From positions 79,283,678 through 79,347,677 of the forward strand of contig NC_057719.1 of NCBI RefSeq assembly GCF_004010195.1: a DNA stretch of 64,000 nt, read 5' to 3'. Positions 23,191 to 35,429 of the stretch are shown here, piece by piece; the stretch's first letter is position 1; each line of letters begins with the position of its first letter. The notes beneath the pieces were generated by a model. It was not told the origin of the DNA. It was given only the letters and a program-made list of their open reading frames with translations, and did no database searches. The position numbers and the translations under genes were made by a program. This DNA is from Chiloscyllium plagiosum (lineage: Eukaryota).

Positions 23191-23499
23191 GTGAGTGGAG
23201 CAGATTGGAGCCTGAGTGTGAAGGCCGTGCTGTGTTCAGTGAACTAATATGGGGGATGTCAGGCAAGTCATAACTTTAGTCTGACCGGCTGCAGTCACCT
23301 CTTAAGTGAGTGTGCAGTCAGCCTTTGTGTGCTTTCAGGTTAGGGGGTGATATGGGCAAACTAACAAACGCTGTAGGGGAAACAGGAATAGTGGGGATGG
23401 AGTATTGCTTATAGATTTGAGTCTGCCTCGCTTGTTGGGATTGTTCACTCCACTTAGTCTCACTTTGCTTCAGAATGGCTTTGCATGTATAATGGGAAT

Positions 23500-23680
23500 C
23501 GGTTTAGCTCAGTTGTTTGGATTGTCAGTATACAGAGTAGTGTGATCCAACAGCTGGGATTCCGGTCCCATCACCGGTTTGAGGTTACCACCAAGGACTC
23601 TCCTCCTCAACCTCTTCCCTCACCTGAGGTCTGGCGGCCCACAGGTTAAATCACCACCGGTCACTTCTCACTAATGAGGG
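23500..23680 (+). mobile_element. tRNA-derived SINE, third family
   Basis: ggtttagctcagttg A-box-like head; gaggttaccaccaaggactctcc..ggttaaatcaccacc body. Confidence 0.55.
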
Positions 23681-23684
23681 AACC

Positions 23685-23785
23685 CACATACATACTCACA
23701 CACACACTCTCTCACACACACACACTCACACTCACATTCACACTCTCACACACACACACTCACATTCATACACATACACACTCAC
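23685..23785. repeat. CA-rich microsatellite
   Basis: Seen directly. Confidence 0.9.
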
Positions 23786-24091
23786 TTTCCTCATTGCTAC
23801 TGAATGCTTGTCAGGTAAAGGATTTCTAATAAAATACCCCTTGTCAAATTGCAGATTGTTTGACTCTGTGCACGTGTTACTGATACAAGATGGAGTTACC
23901 TGGATACCATAAACACACAAAGACTAAGCGGCAGTACAGTCTACAAGCAAAGTATTGAGTGGTAGACGTACTATGCATAGAATAAGGAGGACCTGGTATG
24001 GGGTAATTGGTATAAAACTGCAGAACATATTATAGAGTCGGGATAGGGTGAGTTGATGAAAATAGTGTTTTCACTAACATACAGTTGGCAT

Positions 24092-24222
24092 ACAGTTCCT
24101 GATGAAGGGCTTTTGCCCGAAACGTTGATTTTACTGCTCCTCGGATGCTGCCTGAACTGTGCTCTTCCAGCACCACTAATCCAGGATCTGGTTAGCAGCA
24201 TCTGCAGTCATTGTTTTTACCG
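24092..24222 (+). mobile_element. Minimal (131 bp) Penelope-like element with hammerhead core (24099-24126)
   Basis: CTGATGA a gggc tttt gccc GAAA cg TT; perfect 13-bp TSD atacagttggcat at 24079-24091 and 24223-24235. Confidence 0.8.
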
Positions 24223-24419
24223 ATACAGTTGGCATCGCTTCTTGTAGAAATTTCTCGGCTTTTTACATAAAAAGGTTACCTGGTGCCTTTCCCTTTGCTG
24301 TGTATTCCAAAACATTTCTGGCTGTGAGCTACTTTTGAAGTGCAGTTACAAGGAACAGATGCAGACACTTTCCACCCACAGAAGGTCTCCCAAACAGCAC
24401 GTAAAATGGTACGTTGGAA

Positions 24420-24790
24420 ATCTCATTTTGGTGGGGATCGTTGAGGGAAGGGCGTTGGCCAGAAGAAGGGTAGGGGAGGTGGGTGTTGGCACTGATTTTG
24501 GAGATTGCTGAAAGATGGCAGATGTTGGGAGGGTCACTGGAACCTGGAGGTGGGTTGAGATTTAGCTGGAACATGGGGCAGATGATTAAAGGATGTAGCT
24601 GGAACAAGGGATGGAGGCAATTTGGCTAGAACATGAGGTTCTGATTTGTTGGAGAATGGCTGAAATAGGCTGCAGCTGAGACAAAAGCTGATGACTTTGT
24701 GGTGGCAGGGGTTTAGCTGGGGCATGACAGCATGATTTGAGGGACAGTCTAGCTGTGGAAATGCACATAGATGATTTGGGGAATGGCATG
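24420..24790 (-). mobile_element. Decayed L2-type LINE RT fragment
   Basis: Minus strand DPPNICHLSAISKI resembles the DP...NYRPISNL..LSKI RT motif. Confidence 0.35.
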
Positions 24791-24944
24791 TTCTTCTGCC
24801 TTCCTTAAAAGCAACAGACAAACTGATAAATTGCAAACTGATAACTTATGCACAACCTTAGCCAAGCAGAATGGTGCTTAGAGTCCTCATTGCTACTGGT
24901 TGTGTGGTATCGTCCAGATGCTTGGTTTATCATTGTTCTCAGTT

Positions 24945-25077
24945 CTTAAATTACCTATTACCCTGTTCTATTGCCCTGATGTACTTATGTTAGGCATGAT
25001 TTGCCTGGATAGCACACAAAACAATACTTTTCACTGTATCTCAGTAGATGTGACAATAAATCAAATCAAATCAAATA
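24945..25077 (+). mobile_element. Rex1/Babar-type LINE 3' end
   Basis: aacaatacttttcactgtatctcagtagatgtgacaataaa followed by (tcaaa)n tail. Confidence 0.5.
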
Positions 25078-25284
25078 AAGCAGTAATCCAACATTGTCTT
25101 TTCTGCCGAAAAAGAATTACATGCAGTAAGTGTGAAAACATGCAAGCATTAGATCATTGCTTAACTATTACACCAGAACAGAAAGAAATGGATTTTAGAG
25201 TCTAAGAATCTGTACATAATGCAGGTGGATTGACAATCCTCTAGAGTGTGTGTGTGTGTGTTAGAATGTTGATTATTATCTGAG

Positions 25285-26012
25285 CATATTATTTAAATGG
25301 AAAAAGACTGAAGAAAGCTACAGCACAAAGGAAGATTTGAGGGTCCTTGTGCATGAATCACTGAAAGCTAGCATCCAAGTTCAGCTGGTAACAGAGAACA
25401 CGAGTGGGATGTTGGCCTTTATATCAAAGGGAATGGTGTATTAAAAATAGGGAATCTATACACTGCACTGTTAGATCACAGCAGGAATACAGTGAACAGT
25501 TTTTAATCCCCTCATCTGAGGAAAGATATATTGGCATTGGAGGCAGTCCAGAGAAGGTTCACTCAGCTGATATCAGGTATGGAGGGATTGTCTTATGAGG
25601 AGAGATTTGAGTGGGTTGACTTGAGAGGAGATCTTACTGAAGCATACAAGATTCTTTGAACTTTACAGGGTAGATGTTGGAGAGGTCGTTTCCCCTTGTG
25701 GGAGAAATTAGGACCAGACTACATGATTTCAGAGTAAGTGGTCACATATTTTAAGACAGAAAAGAAGAAGAATTTCTTCTTCTCTCAGTGAATATGAGAA
25801 ATTCCCTCCTGCAGAGGGCTGTGGAGGTTGCAGCATTATGTATATTCAAGGCTGAGACAGATAGATATTTAATCAGTAAGGGAATCAAGTGTCAAGGGAA
25901 AATGTCACTAAAATGGAGTTAAAGATTATGGTGTTCATGTGATGATCACATTGAATGGTGAAGCAGAATTGATGGGCTGAATGGCCTCATGCTGTTACTA
26001 TGGCTTATGGTC
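25285..26012 (+). mobile_element. Old CR1 3' fragment
   Basis: GMLAFISKG, ALEAVQRRFT and LRGDLTEAYKIL motifs; 3' UTR gatgggctgaatggcct. Confidence 0.85.
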
Positions 26013-26029
26013 TTAAGATATCTTTGTGT

Positions 26030-27620
26030 GTGTTCTGTGCACAGTTGGGGTACTGTACCATTCCCTTAGTTGGCTTCTGTTTCTCCTCAATGACGCTCTA
26101 TCAGATGTTGTTACATCGTGGGATCTAGGCTCACATTTTGCATACCCCTGCTGGTCCTTTAGTAGAATACAGTCCTCTGTTCTCCTACCCTACACACAGA
26201 GCAGACATGATGGTTATGCATAATTTTCAAGCTGCCTTGTTTTTCGAGAAGTTTGTATTTCTGAGATGATAGCTTGGAAGGGTTACTCTAATTTGCTTTC
26301 ATAATATGTTCTCTGTTGGTGACAGTAAACACATATGCAGAGGTACAGTTCATAGATATAGGAATCCTTTACTAAGTGAACGAGCCAAATGGAAAAGAAT
26401 TTACCTCTTGTTTATCTCCATGATTAGTGATTTAATTCTTCGAATATTGGAATTGTGTGTGGGAAATATACAGACATCTTGGTCCAGACATACTCTGATT
26501 GAGCCATCTTAGTGCAAAACTGTATCTGCCTGTGTACTGATGTACAAGGCAGATAATGGCATTTTGTTCTATATCATCCAATTCATTCTTGAGCTTCTTT
26601 TATATGTGAATGCCACTTTTTTTCTGGCAGGGTTAATTGATGGAGTTGCATCTTCTCTGAAGGACACTACTACATCCCTAGAACTTTCTTCTGGCGTCGA
26701 ATCTCTTTGGTACATTTTTGGAAAGGCCTTGACCAACTCAATCCAAGTATTCTTGGCCTGTTCCACAGCATGTGGTGTCTTGGTGATTTTGTAAATTGTC
26801 GAAATGTTGCCTTCTGTACAAAGTGGAAGTCTTGTTATTACTAGTATATTGGGTAAAATACTTGTGGTTTCCATGCAGAATTGTTTTGGCTATGTATCAT
26901 TGTTAACATAGTAGTGTAAAGGATGGGCATCCATCCAGTCAATTATATGCAGCAAATCTTGCTATTGTAGACTGTATCATTGATTTTCAATGATTCAGAT
27001 ACATATCTTTCAGGATTCTGGCTGACAGGATGTTTGTACTAGCTCCAGGCCAGTTTCAGTCTTGACTGTGCGTTTGCCAATTTTCTTCAGGCGCATTATA
27101 TGAATAAGCTCCTAACTGTTTGACTTCGATATATCACGTTTATAACCTTCTGGCGGAAAGTTCTTGCACTCTGTATATTCACCCTGGTCTGCCTTGCTGC
27201 AAACATTGTGTATGTGCTCACCCTAATGCAAGTGGCTGATGCCCTCCCTGTTGTTGTACCAGTACATCACACATCTTTTTTTTGTTTGGGATTGTAGACT
27301 CTGGTTGAATCTTTGAAAATGAATTTCATACCTAGGCAAGCCCAGTGTCCTTTTGCACTACAATGCAGGACAGCTTTGTTGTGGGTGCTACAGATTGCAT
27401 GTTTGCTTGTATTTTGGCTATTGTGCCAATACTGGTAACAGCACCTAGTGTTTGCAGATGTTGTTAAACAATATCTTTGTATTTTAGCAATGTGTCAATG
27501 CCATGGCCTTTTATCTGCTTACAAAAGAGGTTTTTAAATGGTTTTGATGTGCATTAAGTCTATAATTGTTCAATCATCCACTTAAATGAGTAAGCATTTA
27601 ATACGTCACAGTTCTAGTCC
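26030..27620 (-). mobile_element. Decayed Ty3/Gypsy LTR retrotransposon internal region (gag-pro-RT)
   Basis: In order on minus: CSAKGHWAC knuckle remnant (27336-27362), protease-like VKTETG/GASTNIL (~27028-27066), FREDATPSINPARK, RT motif DGSIRVCLD (26482-26508). Confidence 0.65.
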
Positions 27621-28714
27621 TTGTCATGACACCTACTGAAAAGCTGATCAATTGATTCTTGTAGATGTTATATATAAGTTATCAGCTCTGAATGGTGAAT
27701 TCTAAAGTTTACTTTTCCGTAAACCTCTCCCCAGTATTTTGCATATCTCAGCAGGATTTCTCAAGTCCTATTGAGATAGGGCTGAAGTGTTAACTCTCTA
27801 CAATCCCACCTTTCATTGACTATCTATTGTTTTGAGCGTTTGCTTATGCAGTTCTTCAATGGCTAACTCTGAAGAGCAAAGATCCATGCTTTATTAAAAC
27901 AACCTAAATTTAGATTGGTGATATTTTAATTTCTATCATGGAATGTGGTAGTCATCTCCCCCGATGTTCCCCATCTTTTGCAAATGGTAACCACATGTCG
28001 GGAATTTCTGCACAGAGATGCAGCAATGGGACGGGGGCGGGGCTAATTTGAGGTTGTGGCTGGGACACAAGAAGGCCTGATTGATGGAGTTTAACTGGGA
28101 CAGTTTGGGGAGGGTGCTGTGTGAAAAGGTGACTGGGATATGGGGTTGCCGATTTTGAGGAGGAGTTGGCTCTATACTGGGGGTGCTGAAGTACTGACAA
28201 CAGCTGCCTCCAATGATCATGTGTGTTTTGCAAACAAACTCACTTTCACTGTGCTCTGGAAACAGCAACCAGCAGAGAGATTGTATCTACTGTTGGGGGT
28301 CTTTCCATTATTTGCTCTATTGCTATAATTATGAGAGTAAATGTGCATTAACCACATCCCTTCATTTTTCACTGAGCATCTGGGTAACTTGCCTATTGTC
28401 AGAAATCCAGAACTTTCACGTTCCAGGACAAGTTAAGTTTGCATGAGAAAAGCCTCTAGTGGATGGATATCAGAAGCCACATGCAACCAAGAAAAAGTAC
28501 CGTTCCTGGCTTAACCCTTGGAGCACCAAACCCTTGATTGTATTTAACGCCCGTGGCCCCCAGCACCACATTTAACCATTTGTCTGGATCAGATTTGTAT
28601 TCCAGCTCTATGCCTACCCTTTGGTTAATTCCCTGGACCCTATTGAAACAGTAGTTTAACTTCCTTCATGTTCAACATCACTGTAAATTTTTTTCATTTA
28701 AAAAGTATTTTTCT

Positions 28715-28950
28715 AATCAGAGATGTTACCACACACCCCTGGAGCAGGTGGGACTTGAATCCAGGTCTCTCAATTCAGAGGTAAGAACGCTATCACTGTG
28801 TAACATGAGGGCCCCTCGGCATCATTTTAACGTTTTTTTTATTCTAATCAAGTAATAACAGAGGTATTATTACACACCCCTGGAACAGGTGGGACTTAGA
28901 CCTGGGCCTCCTAGTCCTGTGATATGGACACTACAACTGGATCATAAACA
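28715..28950 (-). mobile_element. Two adjacent copies of a short (~110 bp) tRNA-derived SINE (also ~29140-29226 plus, ~32285-32383 minus)
   Basis: cacacccctggagcaggtgggacttga..ggacactac repeated; reverse strand has gtagtgtcc and ttcaagtccc box-like motifs. Confidence 0.65.
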
Positions 28951-29404
28951 GGTTCACTCACATCACCTTTAACACGCTCAGGGCAAAGCCAGTGTAACCT
29001 AATTAATCCTAGCCTTTCGATAGTATCCTGAACACCAAGCTGGTCAAATGGACAGTGTGATGAACTATTAACCCATTGTGTTCAAAACACATGGGTATGA
29101 CTCCCACTCTCGTTGGTATTTCAGTTAATAGTAAATGCACTAGGGGTGCAGCAGTAGTGTCCCTACCTCTGAGCGAGGTGATGTCCCACCTGCAACTGAT
29201 GTGTCTCACATGTCTGAACCGGTTGGAGGACAAAATGTAGATAGCATCATGGTATCATGGCCATACCGCCAATGCCACATTTATGTGCTTGTGATATTTG
29301 TCACAACAAATTAAAGTCTTTAACATAGCAAAATGTCCCAGAAGCATTATCAACAATATCTCACAGTGACTCAAATGACCAGGCACAGTATAATGTTGGT
29401 GAAA

Positions 29405-29535
29405 GAGGATGGGCACATGAATAGGAAGGGGATATGGGTCAAATGCTGGCAAGTGGGACTAGATTAATTCATGATGTCTGGTCGGCATGGACAACCTGGA
29501 CCTGAAGGGTCTGTTTCCATGCTGTATGACTCTAT
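29405..29535 (+). mobile_element. CR1 3' UTR fragment
   Basis: gaataggaagg..gaagggtctgtttccatgctgtatgactcta. Confidence 0.8.
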
Positions 29536-30299
29536 AACTATTATATAGCAGGAGGGAGAGGTGTAGGGAAGGAAGAGAATAGTGCTTCTGATCTGGGCAG
29601 CTGTAGACAGGGCTGCCGTAAATAAGGGGAGGTAAATTGGGATGCTCAAGAGTTGGAGAAGAGCAGAAATCATGAAGAGTTGTAGGGCTGGCATACTCTT
29701 TTGTTTGCATCATGTGACACAGCCACGTTTAATCTTCTTAGTTACAAGCATGTGATATAGCAGTGTATTTCAGACTTTCAATACCAGACCAATGCCCAGT
29801 GTGAGCCTGTGTGTTGTTCGTGTATTTATGATAGCCAAGTTGCCCTCACCATGCATACAAAAACCTGTTGTATCGATCCAATAAATCAAGGAACATACTT
29901 AACCCATTTAACATTGCAACCACCATCCTTCTTGATAGCCTTTGCCTCCTCTGCACCTCCCCTTCACCCTTCCCAATGCAACCTCTTCCCAGAGCATTTC
30001 CCTCTGATTCCTGAGGCTCGGAGCTGTGGAATTACACTCTGTATTTCATGCAGTTCTCAACTTGTCAGAGGTAATCCTGGCAGAGTTGGGCTTGCTCTTG
30101 AGGGAGGTAGAATCCTGACCCAAACTCTGAAATCCATAAGCAAACTGAGATTAGTTTGGATTTACAAATATAAACTGAATTTTAGGTTTTCATTTAGTGC
30201 ACTTTACAATTCATATTTCACTTCTCTCTACTTTTACCTGTGAATGGAAGGCAAGCCCTATTGTTGCCTTACTAATTGTGATATGGTTTGCAGCCATGC

Positions 30300-30610
30300 C
30301 TCACCCTTTCTCTACAATAGCCCTACAATTATCTGAGATCTCTGTGCCCCACCAGTTTTGGCCCTCATTACATCCATGATTTCCTTTTCCCCACTAATGG
30401 GGTGGCCATATCTTCAGTCACCTCTGAAATCCCTTGTTAAAACTCCCTGCAACTCAGTGCCCTCCTTAGAACCTTCTTCTTGGAGGTTTTAGTTACCTGT
30501 CAAAACAGTGCCCTTTTAGTTCAGGGTTAAAGTTTTGGTTGATAATGCCCCTTGTGAAGCACATTGGGTTGTTTGCTATGTCAAAAGTGCTATATAAATG
30601 CAAGTTGTGT
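30300..30610 (+). mobile_element. L2-type LINE 3' remnant
   Basis: gccctacaa..gagatctctg; ends tgtgaagcacattggg..gtgctatataaatgcaagttg. Confidence 0.55.
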
Positions 30611-30929
30611 TTGTAAAAGACCGTTTTACAGACAAGCCCAATTTACTTATTAACCCACGTTCCCTCCAAGGTCACAAAATTCCAATGTTATGTTTGTTAA
30701 ATAAATACTGCCAAATGATCTTTAAAGGGAAAATTTCCCACCTATTCTGATGTGCGTCTTTATATCTCTCTGTCTCAAAAACACACTCTACTTCTTGAGC
30801 GTATCTAGGTTTTCGATTAGCCGTGGCCAATTAATTATTATCCATGGCTTTGGGTCAATGGGTTTGCCCAGAAACAGATCAGGATGTGTCCAAAGAAGAA
30901 CTTTGCTTTCATTCAGAAAAAAAAGTCAG

Positions 30930-31290
30930 CCATGGTTTAGTGGCTAGTACTCATCTCTCCCCTGGCACATCCCGCTCCAGAGATATGAGCCGAAAATACA
31001 AGTTGACATTCTGATGGTACATTGCTTTCAATTGGCTTTCCAATGTTTTGCCAAGTGGAGGCCTTCCTGGTGGATATAAAAGGTTGTGGGCATGTACTTG
31101 ATCAAGAACAGAGTGTGGCACATATTGATCCTTCAACCAACATCAGATGATCTGGCCATTATCACATTACTGCTTGTGGGAGCTTGCGATGCACACATTG
31201 GCTGCTGCATTGGTAAAGTTAGAACAGTGACTACACATCAAATACTCTGGGACATAATGAAATTACAAAAGGCGAAAGTTATTTGCTTTT
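30930..31290 (+). mobile_element. DeuSINE, degraded
   Basis: ccagagatatgagc..atctggccattatcacattactgcttgtgggagcttgc. Confidence 0.6.
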
Positions 31291-31814
31291 GTTTAAACCA
31301 CCATCGTAAAATTTCAGTTTTGTGAAGTTGTGGCAGAGATTGCCTGCACTTTATTTAGTATGAAGCCAGAATTGACACATCCAGGCAGTGTATTTAGAGG
31401 GAGGGGGCCTCAGTCCAAACAGGCAGACACTTGACCCCATCAACTGCTCGACCCTTGACCCCATGCTCAGTCACCCATTCACTGGGCAGAAACAGCTGGG
31501 TTGGTTTTCCTTTGAGAACAAAGCTCACTGGGGTCTTGTGGTTAGGTTTGTTTACACAGACTGTGAAGGGAGTCCGCCCATCTGTTTCCTACAGAGGCCC
31601 ACAGGTCAGGGCTGGCCTAACAGAGCATGTAACCCTCGACATACTGGGTAAATCACAGGCCAAGTAGCATCTGCCCTTGTGCTGCACTGTCCACACTTTC
31701 CTTCCCTCTCCTGAGGCAGGAATGACATCCGTCTTCCTGTCCTTTCCAAAATGGAGGAAGGAGCTTACTCAGGGAGTCATGTGAGGCTATTTAGGTTTAC
31801 ATTTTACAGGGACA

Positions 31815-32205
31815 GCAAGACTTGCATCTGAATAACGCCCCTTCACATTCTCAGGATATCCCCGAAGCAGTTGACAGTCGATGAAGCACTTTTGAAAATA
31901 TATCCCACTGTTGTATTTGTGCACAAAGTAGCAGCCAATTTGTGCACAGCAATTGTTGTTTTGATGACCAGATAATCTGTTAATTTTGGTAAATTTGGGT
32001 TGGGGTCGAGATGCCACGAACAATTCTTTTTCAAAGCATGTCATGACATTGTTAACCTCCACCTTTGCAGAGGTGGAGAATGAGCTTCAGTGCAATCTCA
32101 CACCACAAAGATGGCATCTTCAATAGTGCCTCACTTTGCCACTACTATGGGGTACGGTCAAGATCATTTGTGACTTCAAATTGAGAATGCACTACTGCTG
32201 AGCCA
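31815..32205 (-). mobile_element. DeuSINE
   Basis: aagacttgcat..gcagccaatttgtgcacagc..tgaccagataatctg. Confidence 0.65.
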
Positions 32206-32471
32206 AAACAGACACATTTCAAAGGATATCATGAATGATGCTTGATTTGGAAATATTTTTAAAATTTAATCTATTTTTTCTAATTAACCTGTTCAGAGAT
32301 ATCATTACACAGCTCGGGAGCAGATGGGACTTGAACTCGGGCCTCCCGGTTCAGGGACACTACCACTGTGTCACAGGAGGGCTTCTAAATTATGGGGTTG
32401 GGTGGGGTGATATTTTGACCAAAGTGTACAGCACAAACCTGTGTCATAGGACATCCAATAGAAGCAAAACT

Positions 32472-32545
32472 CTTCCCTGGATGGACTTGAACCACAAACC
32501 TTTCGGTTAATAGCCAAATGTGCGAACGGATGACACCACAGAGGC
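32472..32545 (-). pseudogene. tRNA-Asn-derived pseudogene or SINE head (anticodon GTT mutated to ATT)
   Basis: Minus strand gcctctgtggtgtcatccgttcgcacatttggctattaaccgaaaggtttgtggttcaagtccatccagggaag aligns end-to-end with vertebrate tRNA-Asn(GTT), with many stem-breaking substitutions. Confidence 0.8.
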
Positions 32546-32944
32546 TACTTAAATATTGCTTGATAATCAGGCAGGATAATAGGATCCAGATGTCAACAAT
32601 GCTTCTTAAAGAAGAAATGTTGAGGACAGATAACAGAAGCAATTCTGGGCAAGACAATTTCCCTTCCTTCCTTCGACTGAGGCAACAATGCCCTTTACTA
32701 CCAGTTTCCTATGTTTTCCACAATAGCAACGTAAGAGCAAGCATAGGCTATTCAGCCCCTCAAGTCTGTTCCACCATTCAATGAGATCATGGCTGATCCG
32801 TGGCCTAACTCCATAAATCTGCCTTTGGCACATGTCCCTTATAACGTTTACTCAATATTGAGGAGGGTGTACTCTCTGGGATTCAAGATTTGAGGTTCCT
32901 GAAGTTTGTATTTTACAGAGATGACAGGGTGAGAAATGTCTGAA

Positions 32945-33188
32945 CAAAAAAAAACCAAAGTACTGTGGGTACTGGAAATCAGAAACGAAATCCAAACTTG
33001 CTGGAAAACGTTCAGCAGGTCAGGCAGCATCTGTGGAGAGAAAGCAGAGTTATTGTTTCAGGTCCAGTGACCCTCCTCCAGAACCGTTCTGAAGGAGGGT
33101 CACTGGATTTGAAATGTTAACCTTACTTTCTTTCCACAGACGCTGCCTGACCTGCTGGGATTTTCCAGCAATTTCTGATTTCATTCAC
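32945..33188. mobile_element. Penelope-like family C inverted element with mutated hammerhead core
   Basis: gtt CTGAAGG a gggtc actg gattt GAAA tg TT aac; inverted arms; TSD gag(a/g)aatgtctgaa at 32931-32944 and 33189-33202. Confidence 0.7.
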
Positions 33189-33934
33189 GAGGAATGTCTG
33201 AATCAGTTCTTGATCAGATAGTGGGAATGTAGAGTTCAGGGGGTGTTTGAACATAAACTGCTTTGACATTGGGACTGACCAATGCCTGTAGCAATCTTTA
33301 ATGAGTGACGTTTTCTGAGAAACTTTCAGCCAAACAGACACCATGTAAAAAGTTGTACATTCAAGAAAGAGACTGATTTTGATTTTTATGGTTAAAGGCA
33401 TCAAGAGTGTGGCATTGAGATAGAGGGTCAGCTGGACAATCTACTGTTGCTGTTAGTTTCTGTGTTTTCCCTTTTGAGTTGTAGTTGGCTATGCCCATCA
33501 TGCATGCTGGGCAGGGACTTGGGCTCTGTTAAACATACTTCTACAAACGGAATGGTAGTAGGGTGGAATCACTCAATAGGCACCAGTGGCACTATGAGTC
33601 TGAGTGGGGTTTGAACTCATGACCTTCTGGATCAGAGGCAACAGTGCTAGCCACTGTTAAATACATGAGCAGGTGGCAGATTTCCTTCCCTAAAGGTTTT
33701 TCTAACAATCGGCGACCATTTCATGGCTGGCATGCAACTCTTAACTCCAGATTTTTTTTTATTGAATTCAAATGCCACCATCTGCCATGGGAGCATTTGA
33801 ATCTGGGTCCCAGAACATTAATCTGAGTTTTGGGGTCATTAATCTAGTGATAATACAGGGCCATCACCTGCCCATGAGTCTGAACATCATCGGTTATTTT
33901 CATGATTCGATGGGCTGAATGGTCATGTCTTGTG

Positions 33935-34310
33935 TCCCCATTCCAGAGGCTCTGAGCTCAAAAGACAGGTTGACCCTTCAGCACACTACTGAGGGAGTTC
34001 TCCACATTACCAGAGGTGCCATATTTTGAGACACTAAATCTGCAGCCCCTTCTGTGCCCTCCTATGAATACAAAAGGTACACAGCACCATTTGACAGGAG
34101 AAATGGTGGTGTTCTCCCCAATATACCGACCAATTTTTAACCCTCAACCCAGCAGCACTAAAGCAAATGATCAGCTCATTTGTTTTTTTTTTAGGAGCTT
34201 GCTGAGATCAAATTGCCTTCTGCCTTTTCTACATCACACCAGTGACTAAAATACGCTACAAGAGTATGTCATTGGCTGCAAAGCACTTCATCCTGAGGTT
34301 GTGACAGACA
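33935..34310 (+). mobile_element. DeuSINE
   Basis: tactgagggagt..gaggtgccatattttgagac..cattggctgcaaagcactt..tcctgaggttgtga. Confidence 0.7.
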
Positions 34311-35429
34311 TGGAGTATGTTAGACAGTGAACAAAATGTCTCGTGTGCAGCTGTTCCACCCTCATGTGAATTTCAGAGCAATGCTCCTGCAGGTAACTGT
34401 GGCTCGGCAGGTAAGGCCATCACTGCGGATTCTGACAGTTGTGGGGTCAAACCCAATCCCAGAGCACTCTGTCCTGAGCTCGTGAGAGAACCCCCTCTGT
34501 GTTCCTTTTCTTGATGGTTTACAATTTCCAGCTCTCCAGCCAGCCTCTCAGAAATGTCATTTTGGCTTGGAATTTAATCCATGCCGTAGAGTTAACATTC
34601 CAAAGCTGGGATGGGAGTAGTAGGGTGTGGACACCTGTAGCTGTTCAAAGTGGTCCAGAGATTGTTATATGAAAGACTGCTTTATATGTTCGCCACCGCC
34701 GAATTAGACACTGCTCTCTTCCCCTGCCCCACTACCCTCTTTCCCCCTCCCTCCAGAACAAAGCTCAGAAACAACAGTCTCTGGGTTCCTTTGACATTAA
34801 ACATTAATCATTTCACTGTCAAGGTCAGGTAAAGACATGTAGAGAACTAAATCCAGCTGTCATTTAATTCAGTGAACAGGTAAGTAGGGTTACCAGAGGC
34901 CTGTATAACCCCGACTTTAGTGTTGCTGAAGTTGATGGTTGAGAAAAACTTTGCAAAGGTAAGCTTTCATCCCCTTCCTTGCTGTTTGGATCTGACTAGA
35001 CACTCTCTTCCACTTCCCCACACTAACATCTTGCTTTAAAATGTAGCTTGCTCCCAATAACATCATCAGCGCCGGGTGTGCATGGGTTTAAATAGGACCC
35101 TGCCAGCTTTGAGCAGGTATCTTTGCAGCCAACTCAGAATATAACAGGTGACATTCGTGACCTGCTGGCTTCAATGTGTTATTGAACGTGACCCGTTGCC
35201 CATTAGTTCCAGTAAACATCAGTTTGTGTTTCTGCGGGTGCAGTTGGTGCCTGTCCTTCCTTGCTCTGCCAGTTTTTAAGCTAGAGCAACTTTCATTTAC
35301 ATAGCACCTCTGACAGGATAAATTTTCCCTTGGAGCTATGCAAGAGTGTAACAAAAACTGCTGTTGAGTCACAGAGCAAGGTCTTAGGACAGGCGATCGC
35401 AACTTTGATAACGGCTGTATGAAGGAAAG

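Noticed and set aside
32472..32545. Functional tRNA with ATT anticodon
   Set aside because: Multiple stem mismatches and damaged D arm; pseudogene
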